64,000 bases of DNA from Thermoplasmatota archaeon (GTDB taxonomy: Archaea > Thermoplasmatota > E2 > UBA202 > JdFR-43). Position 1 is the first letter of the stretch, and each line of letters opens with the position of its first letter. Positions 49,778-57,961 of this stretch are shown here, in pieces. The DNA lies in assembly GCA_029259055.1 (NCBI GenBank), contig JAPDJP010000016.1, positions 13,019 to 77,018 of the forward strand, given 5' to 3'. The notes below the pieces were generated by a model. It was not told where the DNA came from, searched no databases, and worked only from the letters and a program-made list of their open reading frames with translations. The translations under genes were made by a program, and so were the position numbers.

Positions 49778-50227
49778 ATGGAAAGAACCTTTGTTATGAT
49801 CAAGCCAGATGGTGTGCAACGTCGCCTAATTGGTAAAATTCTACAGAGATTTGAAGAAGCTGGTTTAAAAATTGTTGCAATGAAATTTTTGAAAGTTACT
49901 CAAGAACTGGCAGAAAAACATTATGAAATTCATAAAGGAAAACCATTTTATGAAAGCTTGATAAAATATATCACATCAGGCCCGGTTTTAGCAATGGTTA
50001 TAGAAGGACAAAATGCAATAGAAAGAATAAGAAAAATGGTGGGCGCAACAGACCCGCAAAAAGCAATGCCAGGCACTATAAGAGGCGATTTTTGCCAGCA
50101 TATAGGAAGAAATATTATTCATGCTAGTGATGCAAAAGAAACTGCCGAAAAAGAGATAAATTTATGGTTCAATAAGGATGAAATAATAGATTATAAAATG
50201 GATGATGAAAAATGGTTATATGAATGA
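49778..50227 (+). CDS. ndk: Nucleoside diphosphate kinase
   Basis: ERTFVMIKPDGVQR and the NIIHASD active-site His motif. Confidence 0.95.
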   Translation: MERTFVMIKPDGVQRRLIGKILQRFEEAGLKIVAMKFLKVTQELAEKHYEIHKGKPFYESLIKYITSGPVLAMVIEGQNAIERIRKMVGATDPQKAMPGTIRGDFCQHIGRNIIHASDAKETAEKEINLWFNKDEIIDYKMDDEKWLYE

Positions 50228-50816
50228 AGTTATAAAATGTATTAAAGAAAGGAGAAGTATAAGGAATTTTTTAGATAAGAAGATACCAAAGGAAATTATA
50301 GAAGAAATAATAGAGGCTGGAAAATATGCTCCATCTGCGGAAGACAGACAGCCTTGGAAATTTATTGTTGTTACAAAAAAAGAATTGATACAAGAACTAT
50401 CTAATGAAATTAAGAAACAAATCAAAAGAATTTTAGATAAGAAAAGGAAATGGAAAAAGAAATTTAAGGAATTAGAAGATGAGCGCCTGGTTTTATTTTT
50501 GAAAGCAATAGCAAATTCTAAAGAAGATGTTATATTTTATAATGCTCCTCTTGTGATTTTTATAATTTGTGAGGATGAAATTTTTAATGACGAATCATGC
50601 GCCTGCTGTGCCCAAAATATGATGCTTTCCGCTTGGAGCATGGGGATTGGAAGCTGTTGGATAGGATTTGCAAAGTTTTTGGAAGCAAATGAAGAAGTGA
50701 TGGAAAGGTTAGAAATTCCAGAAGGACACCATATTTCAGCTTGCATTGTTTTTGGTTATCCAGCAAAAGTACCAAAGGCAACTATAAGAAAACCAACTTT
50801 TATAAAATGGTTTTAA
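50202..50816 (+). CDS. Nitroreductase-family protein (FMN-dependent)
   Basis: RRSIRNF motif, APSAEDRQPW, and C-terminal dimer-interface region. The true start is probably the internal ATG at ~50220, after the ndk stop. Confidence 0.8.
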   Translation: MMKNGYMNEVIKCIKERRSIRNFLDKKIPKEIIEEIIEAGKYAPSAEDRQPWKFIVVTKKELIQELSNEIKKQIKRILDKKRKWKKKFKELEDERLVLFLKAIANSKEDVIFYNAPLVIFIICEDEIFNDESCACCAQNMMLSAWSMGIGSCWIGFAKFLEANEEVMERLEIPEGHHISACIVFGYPAKVPKATIRKPTFIKWF

Positions 50817-51409
50817 CTTCTTTTTCTAATAGCCAGCAGTATAATAAAAATTCCTAAGATTATGGAAATAATTCCCATTAAAAAAACCAAGATATTTTGT
50901 CCTTCCTTTTCTTCAAATTCTATTATGATTTTTTCTCCAATTTTTGGATCAAATGAGGAAAAATAAATGCCATTTTCATATTTTAAAGGTATATTCCCTC
51001 TTACAAACTTGTTTGTTTGGATTTTAATTTCTATTTTATCAGTATCATATATGATTTTTCTCTCAAACTTATTTTTTATTTCATATTCTATATCCATAGA
51101 AATGTTCCCCTTTGGAGGAATGGCGAAGTCATACACACTTAAATTTAGTAAAATTGTGTTATTTTCCAGAAAGAAATTATCAGTCACTCCATCCATTTTT
51201 ATTTTTGCTTCCTCCGTATTTAACCATATATTCAAAGTATTGTTATAAGGGTGATTGGCTATATTTTCAAAAATTATTTTTTCCGTGACCATATCATTTT
51301 TTATTTCGATAATATGTAATGGTATCTTTATTACTTCTATATCCTTCTTTTCCTCACCAGATTGGCAAAATGGTAGTAAGAGAATTAAAAGAATCAAAAG
51401 CCTCTTCAT
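50813..51409 (-). CDS. Secreted protein with a C-terminal TM anchor and basic tail
   Basis: Signal peptide MKRLLILLILLLPFCQS; C-terminal LMGIISIILGIFIILLAIRKRS. Confidence 0.55.
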   Translation of the reverse strand: MKRLLILLILLLPFCQSGEEKKDIEVIKIPLHIIEIKNDMVTEKIIFENIANHPYNNTLNIWLNTEEAKIKMDGVTDNFFLENNTILLNLSVYDFAIPPKGNISMDIEYEIKNKFERKIIYDTDKIEIKIQTNKFVRGNIPLKYENGIYFSSFDPKIGEKIIIEFEEKEGQNILVFLMGIISIILGIFIILLAIRKRS

Positions 51410-51539
51410 CTTTCCTTATCTAAATTTTATTATTTATTATTTGTGATGCATACTATTTGTAATAAATTTCAAACAAAATATTTCAAATAAATGCAGCAAA
51501 CAAGCGTAAATAAAAAATACGCGATTTTAATATAAACTG

Positions 51540-51612
51540 GGGCTCGTGGTCTAGTGGTTATGACGTCGCCCTTACGAGGCGAAGGTCCCCGGTTCGAATC
51601 CGGGCGAGCCCA
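51540..51612 (+). tRNA. tRNA-Val (TAC)
   Basis: Manual cloverleaf: acceptor GGGCTCG/CGAGCCC, anticodon loop CTTACGA, T-arm CCCGG-TTCGAAT-CCGGG, discriminator A, 73 nt, no CCA. Confidence 0.9.
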
Positions 51613-51778
51613 CTATATACAGTAATTTCCAAGAATTTTTGGAAATAAATGAGTATATTTTATATCATCTATTCCACATATATATCTCGTAAGTCTTTCT
51701 ATGCCGATTCCAAAGCCAGCGGAAGGATATATACCTCTTTTAACCATTGATAGATAAGGATAAAACATTTTTTCATCT

Positions 51779-52176
51779 ATGTCAAGAAAAACCGTAAATG
51801 AGATAGCGAAGGAAGTTAGGTTGCCAAGAACAACGGTTGGAGAAAGAATAAAAAAGCTAGTTAAAAAGGGAATAATAAAAAAATTCACCGCCATTCTAAA
51901 TTATGAAAAAATAGAAAACCAATAACAGCTTTTGTTCTAGTTTCGTTTGTTCCTCATCCAAATGTTTCACAACGAGAGCTGGCTAGGGAAATTGCTAGAA
52001 TAGAAAATGTGCATGAGGTTTATATAATATCTGGGGAATGGGATTTATTGTTAAAAGTGAGGGGAAAAGATATGGAGGAGATTGGCCATCTCATATTGGA
52101 TAAATTAAGGAGCATGAAAGGTGTTGGCAAAACAGTTACATGCACGTGCTTTAGTGTAGTGAAGGAGGAAATATGA
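51779..52176 (+). pseudogene. Lrp/AsnC-family transcriptional regulator interrupted by a frameshift in an A-rich tract (~51905-51923)
   Basis: Frame 2 encodes the HTH MSRKTVNEIAKEVRLPRTTVGERIKKLVKKGII..NYEKIENQ-stop. Frame 1 continues with the RAM domain ITAFVLVSFVPHPNVSQRELAREIARIENVHEVYIISGEWDLLLKV... ending at 52176. Confidence 0.6.
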
Positions 52177-52715
52177 TGAAATTAAAAATAACATTAATAT
52201 TGCTTATTTGTGTCTCAGGATGCCTCACATTTGAATGGCAACCTGAATATGAAGTCAAGTATAAAGTATATGTTGTTAACGTTATAGATGGAGATACTTT
52301 TGATGCCATCTTTCCAGATGGAAATGTAGAGAGAGTTAGATTGCTGGGTGTGGATGCGCCAGAAAAAAGTGCAGAAAATAACAAGCCAAATGAATATGAT
52401 GGAATAACAGATTTAGATTGCCTTGCTTATTGGGGAATAAAAGCAAAAAAATTTGCTGAAAAATGGATCGAGGGAAAAGATGTTTATATTGAATTTGATA
52501 CCGCTGCTGGATTTAAAGGATATTATGGAAGATGGCTTTGTTATGTTTATTTGGAAAATGGAACAGATTTTAATGCTGAATTGATAAAGAAAGGATATGC
52601 AAGAGTTTATGTAGAGGGAGAGTTCTCTAAGGAAAACTATTATTTAACTTTGCAACAGGAAGCAATGGAAAGTAGCGTTGGATTATGGAGTTGTATGCCG
52701 ACGATTTTTCAGTAA
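52173..52715 (+). CDS. Thermonuclease (staphylococcal nuclease homologue), lipoprotein-type signal
   Basis: SNase motifs VIDGDTFDA and RVRLLGVDAPE; N-terminal signal with a VSGC lipobox-like Cys. Confidence 0.8.
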   Translation: MMKLKITLILLICVSGCLTFEWQPEYEVKYKVYVVNVIDGDTFDAIFPDGNVERVRLLGVDAPEKSAENNKPNEYDGITDLDCLAYWGIKAKKFAEKWIEGKDVYIEFDTAAGFKGYYGRWLCYVYLENGTDFNAELIKKGYARVYVEGEFSKENYYLTLQQEAMESSVGLWSCMPTIFQ

Positions 52716-53052
52716 GTTCATATGCTTCTTTAGAGTATTGAAAGAGTCCATGTTATGATGGTTATTAATATAGCAAAAATAGACTTAGGATAAGATGCAT
52801 ATGAAAGCATTCAGAAGGTAGAAATAAAAATTGATGACGAGGATTGGATGCTTGCTGATGGCAAAAATTCATGGAGTTATGAGTTGGATACTTATTGCTA
52901 ATGGGCAAGCGGATGATATCAAATAGCACTTCAATCTCCTAACCAGTATTTTGAAATATTGATAAAAATTACCGTTTCTCCTTGAAAATAAAAAGAAAAG
53001 AAGAATAGCCAAAAAAACCAAGAAAATTAAATAACCAATTTTATAAAATATT

Positions 53053-54306
53053 ATGAAGAAAAAGATAATTTACGTATGCATCTTAATATTAGTCTGTTCA
53101 TTTAATATTACAATTGAAAAAGAAATATCCATTCATAATGGAGGAACATTGTATGTGGGTGGGGATGGTCCAGGAAATTACAGCAAAATACAAGATGCAA
53201 TAAATGATGCGAATGATGGTGATACAATTTTTGTATATAGTGGCGTATATTACGAAAATTTATACATAAATAAGAGCATAAAGTTAATAGGAGAGAATAA
53301 AAATGAAACAATAATAGATGGAAATATTGAAGGAATTGTCATTAATGTTGTTTCTGATAGGGTACTTATTAAAAATTTTAAAATAAGAAATTGGGAAATT
53401 ATAAATGCAACAGGTATTAAAGTTTCTGGAGATGGAGTAGTTATCAAAAATAATATAATAACGGAACCCAATTGGTGGGGAGAGGGATTATTTGTCTTTA
53501 AATCTCAAAATTGTTCTATCATAAAAAATTTATTTCTAAATAGCTGTATAATTTTGGAGAATATAAGTTATAGTACAATAGATAGTAACAGGTTAAGTGG
53601 CGAATATCCATTCTTCTTTATACAACTTAAAAATTCCACAAATAGTGTTATCTCCGGAAATATGGTAAATAATAGTGACGGAGGCGGCGTGATAACAATA
53701 AATTCATCCTCTATCAAAATATATAATAATTCCATTAGTAGCAATAATTATGCAGGCATTAATCTCTGCAGCTCTTCCCATAACATGGTCCAAAATAATT
53801 TGTTAAGAGGGATTGAAAGCGGGCTATCAATATACAATTCAAATAATAATACTATATCAAATAATGCCATTCTTTTTAGTATAATAGGAATTGAATCTTC
53901 AAATTGCTTAAATAATACTATATCAAATAATGTTATCCGTCTTTCTCGAATTGCTATTTATTTCGAAGATGACACAGAATGTAAAATTTTAGAAAATAGC
54001 ATTGTTTTAAATGGTATAGGAATTTTTTTATTTGGTAATGATTTTGGATCCCATGATAATACAATTTTAAATAACAACCTTGTAAATATTATAAATGCCT
54101 GTCTTGAAGGATACTGGGGACCATATCAAAAGAAACCAAAATTTGATAATAAGTGGTTACGTAATTATTGGTGGAATTGGCCTTCTATTTTCCCAAAGCC
54201 AATTTTTGGAGTAATGTCAAGATGGGACGGTATTTTATATCCTTTATTAAACTTTGATTTTCTTCCTCGCTTAATTCCATATAGTTATGGGCCCGCGGAG
54301 ATTTGA
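53053..54306 (+). CDS. Secreted right-handed parallel beta-helix repeat protein (NosD/pectate-lyase-like fold)
   Basis: Signal peptide; many repeats of the I-x-N-N / ISNN pattern typical of PbH1 beta-helix repeats; last 19 nt overlap the tRNA-Ile on the opposite strand. Confidence 0.7.
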   Translation: MKKKIIYVCILILVCSFNITIEKEISIHNGGTLYVGGDGPGNYSKIQDAINDANDGDTIFVYSGVYYENLYINKSIKLIGENKNETIIDGNIEGIVINVVSDRVLIKNFKIRNWEIINATGIKVSGDGVVIKNNIITEPNWWGEGLFVFKSQNCSIIKNLFLNSCIILENISYSTIDSNRLSGEYPFFFIQLKNSTNSVISGNMVNNSDGGGVITINSSSIKIYNNSISSNNYAGINLCSSSHNMVQNNLLRGIESGLSIYNSNNNTISNNAILFSIIGIESSNCLNNTISNNVIRLSRIAIYFEDDTECKILENSIVLNGIGIFLFGNDFGSHDNTILNNNLVNIINACLEGYWGPYQKKPKFDNKWLRNYWWNWPSIFPKPIFGVMSRWDGILYPLLNFDFLPRLIPYSYGPAEI

Positions 54307-54362
54307 ACTCCGGACCTCTCGGTTATCAGCCGAGCGCTCCAACCAGGCTAAGCTACGGGCCC
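54288..54362 (-). tRNA. tRNA-Ile (GAT)
   Basis: Manual cloverleaf from the reverse complement: acceptor GGGCCCG/CGGGCCC, anticodon loop CTGATAA, T-arm CGGAG-TTCAAAT-CTCCG, discriminator A, 75 nt. Confidence 0.9.
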
Positions 54363-54440
54363 CCTTTTAGAATATAAAAAAGTTTTATAAATTCTTTCAT
54401 AAAAAGTTTTATATACCTAACAAAGATAGGTTAATAGAAC

Positions 54441-54821
54441 ATGCATAGATATATAAAAGAGATTTATAGAGCCTATGAAGAGGGCATACCATTAGTTGGG
54501 CCAACGTATATTTCAAAGGTTTTGGAAGTAAGTAAAACAACCGCTCAACAAGCTTTAAAAAATTTAGCAAAAAAGGGATACGGAAAATATATTGAAAGAA
54601 AGGGATTCATTATAAATTCAAAAGGAATAGATGAAGCGAAAAAATTGATAAGAAAGCACAGATTGCTCGAAGCTTTTCTTGTTGAAATATTTTGTTTAGA
54701 CGCGGAGGAGGCTTGTAGGGAAGCGAGCAAAATAGATGCTTTTGCTAGTGAAAATTTAATAAATTTAATAGAAGAGAAATATAAATTTACAGAATGTCCT
54801 TGTGGCAACAAAATTCCATGA
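54441..54821 (+). CDS. DtxR/MntR-family metal-dependent transcriptional regulator
   Basis: wHTH plus the HRLLEAFLV metal-site helix; directly upstream of the metal ABC transporter. Confidence 0.75.
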   Translation: MHRYIKEIYRAYEEGIPLVGPTYISKVLEVSKTTAQQALKNLAKKGYGKYIERKGFIINSKGIDEAKKLIRKHRLLEAFLVEIFCLDAEEACREASKIDAFASENLINLIEEKYKFTECPCGNKIP

Positions 54822-55759
54822 AATTAATCATCATTGTATTGGTTATACTGCTCCCGATGGCTAATGCGATGAATATAGTTGTTTCTATACCAGATTTTGA
54901 ATCCATTTTAAAAGAAATTGCGCCAGATGAAAATATAACGGTTATTTTGCCAAAAGGAACAGATCCTCATAGTTTTTCTATAACAAAAGAAGTTATTGAT
55001 GAAATAAAAGGAGCAGATTTAATAATTTTAGCAAATTCGAATTTATTTTCTTTTGAGAAAAATATTAAAGAAAATTGGAAAGAAAAAGAATATTTAGATA
55101 TAGAAGATTATAATATAAGCTTGTTAGATTTTGATGACTTTAAGAAAAATCCTCACGGATATTGGCTTTATATAAATAATACAATAGCAATTGCTTTTGC
55201 CATTGCAAAAAAACTTTCTCAAATTGAGCCAGAAAAAGAAGAATATTACATAAAAAATTATGAAATGCTGGAAAAGAGGCTGAAAGAATTTGAAAAATTG
55301 GTTATAGAGATTTCTAAGGATAGAGGTATATATGGAAAAAAAGTTGTTGCGGCGGTGCCAGGAGTTTGTTATATTGTAAAAAATGTTGGAATGGATGCGG
55401 ATAAAATATTGTTTTCTGAAGGAACATCTCTTCTAAACATAAAAGAAATGGAAGCAATAAAAGAAAAGCTGAAAAGTGGAGAATATATAGGTATCGTTGC
55501 TCCAGAATTTTTAAAATATTCTAAAGTTGGGGAAGTTATCCAACAAATTGCAGAAGATACAAATTCTTCCCTAATATTTGTTAAATTTGCTGAAGGAGGG
55601 GATTTGATAAACATTTTCTATTACAATTTATATCAATTTTTGGTTGAAGAAAAGAATAGGAATGAAGAGGGGAGTCTCGTATACGTATTGTTATTATTAC
55701 TAGTAATTTTGGTTATTGTAGAGGGTTGTATAATCTACAAATTATATAGGAGGTGGTAA
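54818..55759 (+). CDS. Metal (Mn/Zn/Fe) ABC transporter substrate-binding protein (TroA/ZnuA-like)
   Basis: Signal peptide MKLIIIVLVILLPMANA and cluster-9 SBP architecture; start chosen at the Met that overlaps the DtxR stop. Confidence 0.65.
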   Translation: MKLIIIVLVILLPMANAMNIVVSIPDFESILKEIAPDENITVILPKGTDPHSFSITKEVIDEIKGADLIILANSNLFSFEKNIKENWKEKEYLDIEDYNISLLDFDDFKKNPHGYWLYINNTIAIAFAIAKKLSQIEPEKEEYYIKNYEMLEKRLKEFEKLVIEISKDRGIYGKKVVAAVPGVCYIVKNVGMDADKILFSEGTSLLNIKEMEAIKEKLKSGEYIGIVAPEFLKYSKVGEVIQQIAEDTNSSLIFVKFAEGGDLINIFYYNLYQFLVEEKNRNEEGSLVYVLLLLLVILVIVEGCIIYKLYRRW

Positions 55760-55760
55760 A

Positions 55761-56504
55761 ATGATAGAAGTTAAAAACATAAGTTTTTCATATAATAGCA
55801 AAGAAGTACTTAAGGACATTTCTTTTACATTATCAAAGGAATTTCTCGCAATCATGGGTCCAAATGGTTCAGGAAAAACCACATTAATAAAACTGATTAT
55901 GGGCTTTTTAAAGCCGCTTAAAGGAAGTATTAGAATTTTTGGAAAAACACCCGAAGAATCAAGAGAATTTATAGGCTATATGCCACAAAGAGAAGCAATA
56001 GCGAGACATTTTCCCATTAGAGTAAAAGATATTGTTTTGATGGGGATAAAAAAGAGATTTTATACAAAAGATGATATAGAAATGGCAAAAAAAGCTTTAG
56101 AAGAAGTAGATATGTTGGATTTTTGGGACAATAAATTTAATGCACTGAGCCAAGGACAGCAACAAAGAGTTTTATTTGCAAGAGCTTTGGTAAAAAACCC
56201 AAAATTAATCATATTAGATGAGCCTTTCAATGCTGTTGATTTGCCAAGTAGAGAAAAAATGATCGAAGTGCTAAAGGAAAAAAGGCAAAAAGGGAAAGAA
56301 ATAATAGTTGTTGTTCATAATGTAAATCCAATTTTACATGAAATTGATAAAGTATTGCTTTTAAATAAAATTAAGATAGCATTTGGAAAGCCAAAAGAAG
56401 TTTTAAATCAAGAAAATTTAAGGAGAACTTATGGAATAGATGTTCAAATTATTATTTGCGAAGAAGGATATTGTCATCCATTAGTAGGGGATACACATGC
56501 TTGA
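55761..56504 (+). CDS. Metal ABC transporter ATP-binding protein
   Basis: Walker A GPNGSGKTT, signature LSQGQQQRV, Walker B ILDEP. Confidence 0.9.
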   Translation: MIEVKNISFSYNSKEVLKDISFTLSKEFLAIMGPNGSGKTTLIKLIMGFLKPLKGSIRIFGKTPEESREFIGYMPQREAIARHFPIRVKDIVLMGIKKRFYTKDDIEMAKKALEEVDMLDFWDNKFNALSQGQQQRVLFARALVKNPKLIILDEPFNAVDLPSREKMIEVLKEKRQKGKEIIVVVHNVNPILHEIDKVLLLNKIKIAFGKPKEVLNQENLRRTYGIDVQIIICEEGYCHPLVGDTHA

Positions 56505-57255
56505 TGAATATATTATAAGGGCTATTATTGCCATATTCCTGCTCTCAATAAATGCTTCCTTGGCGGGAACATTTACCATTTTCAAAGATATCCCTTTTCT
56601 TGTTGCTGGCGCTGCCCACGCCGCTCTGGCGGGAGCAGCCCTTTTTATTGCTTTAAATTTTTATCCAATGGTTGGAGCAATATTTTTTGCCATTTTTGTC
56701 GCCCTTTTTGCATCAAAAGCCAAGCAAGCTAATGTTGCAATTGGAATTTCCTTTGCTTTTTCAATGTCTTTGGCTGTAATGTTCATTTCATTAATAAGAG
56801 AGCAGGCAGCTAGAGTATGGGGTCTTCTTTTTGGCGATTTGCTATTACTCACGAATAGAGATATAATATTAATGGCTATTATGACAACAATTCTAATCAT
56901 AATATACTTACTTTTTCATAGAGAATTTCTCTTTATATCTTTTGATATGGAGGGGGCGATGTCGCTGGGAATAAAAGTTAAGCTATATAATTATTTACTT
57001 TTGGCAACAATATCTGTAGCGACAGTTATTATTATGAAAGCGGTTGGAGCAATTTTGGTATATGCGATGTTAATAGCGCCTGCGGGGGCAGCAAATAAAA
57101 GAGCAAATAGCGTTATGCAAGTTTTTGTTTTATCAGCATTGTTTGCACTACTTGCTGGATTTTTTGGATTGATCGCATCCTTTTTTATTCCCTTCTCGCC
57201 CTCTGCTTTATCGGCATTGATAGCGACATCAATTTTTTTGATTATGATGCGTTAG
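56497..57255 (+). CDS. Metal ABC transporter permease (ZnuB/MntC-like)
   Basis: Eight hydrophobic helices; overlaps the ATPase gene by 8 nt. Confidence 0.85.
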   Translation: MLDEYIIRAIIAIFLLSINASLAGTFTIFKDIPFLVAGAAHAALAGAALFIALNFYPMVGAIFFAIFVALFASKAKQANVAIGISFAFSMSLAVMFISLIREQAARVWGLLFGDLLLLTNRDIILMAIMTTILIIIYLLFHREFLFISFDMEGAMSLGIKVKLYNYLLLATISVATVIIMKAVGAILVYAMLIAPAGAANKRANSVMQVFVLSALFALLAGFFGLIASFFIPFSPSALSALIATSIFLIMMR

Positions 57256-57291
57256 GAAAATATTTTAATAAAAATTAATATTTCATTTTAA

Positions 57292-57363
57292 GCCCCGGTG
57301 GTGTAGCGGTTATCATGTGGGCCTGTCGAGCCCACGACCCGAGTTCAAATCTCGGCCGGGGCG
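57292..57363 (+). tRNA. tRNA-Asp (GTC)
   Basis: Manual cloverleaf: acceptor GCCCCGG/CCGGGGC, anticodon stem TGGGC/GCCCA with loop CTGTCGA, 4-nt variable loop, T-arm CCGAG-TTCAAAT-CTCGG, discriminator G, 72 nt. Confidence 0.85.
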
Positions 57364-57391
57364 CTATTTTTATTTAAAAAAGTCAATAAGA

Positions 57392-57961
57392 TTATAACAT
57401 TATAAGATTATACAAAAGCAGATTATACAAAAGCATTGATAGAAAAGAAGTTATCGGAACAAAAAAATTATCTTTTTTAGAGTATGCTTCTGCCAGCATC
57501 CCTGCAATTGTTCCAACAATCGTCAAATACAAATCTTGTAAAACAATATATACGAAAGGAAAAGAAATTAATATAGCAGAGAAAGTCCCAATATATGTTT
57601 TTTGAGAATATGGAAATTTTCTTTTTCCGTATCTCATACCAATTATACTTGAAAAGGTATCTCCTATAGAAAAGATGAGCATAGAAGCAGTTACAATTTC
57701 TTTTCCTGTTAAGGAAACAATGCTTATACTAATTATGCTTATTACACTCATTGCTAAAAAATACAAAAAGACCCTTTCCACTTCTTTTAAATATATAGTT
57801 AGAAAGGAAGAGAAAATACATGATACAATGAAAAAAATTGTTAAATAGAAAGGATATAAATAAAAAAGAATTGCAAATAAGCAGCCAAATATAAGATGAA
57901 CTAACTTTCTTATATTATGATGAAAAATTATATATTCATACACTTTTCTAATTGTGAGCAT
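57392..57961 (-). CDS. CTP-dependent cytidylyltransferase/dolichol-kinase-family membrane protein (CdsA-like)
   Basis: C-terminal GKRKFPYSQKTYIGTF resembles the CDS-family motif G-x-x-x-P-x-x-S-P-x-K-T-x-E-G. The track ORF runs to 58195 but overlaps the MMPL gene, so the internal Met at 57961 is the preferred start. Confidence 0.5.
   Translation of the reverse strand: MLTIRKVYEYIIFHHNIRKLVHLIFGCLFAILFYLYPFYLTIFFIVSCIFSSFLTIYLKEVERVFLYFLAMSVISIISISIVSLTGKEIVTASMLIFSIGDTFSSIIGMRYGKRKFPYSQKTYIGTFSAILISFPFVYIVLQDLYLTIVGTIAGMLAEAYSKKDNFFVPITSFLSMLLYNLLLYNLIML

Noticed and set aside
51613-51894. 93-aa minus-strand ORF next to tRNA-Val
   Set aside because: It is antisense to the HTH half of the frameshifted Lrp/AsnC gene, which has a clear homology-based explanation.
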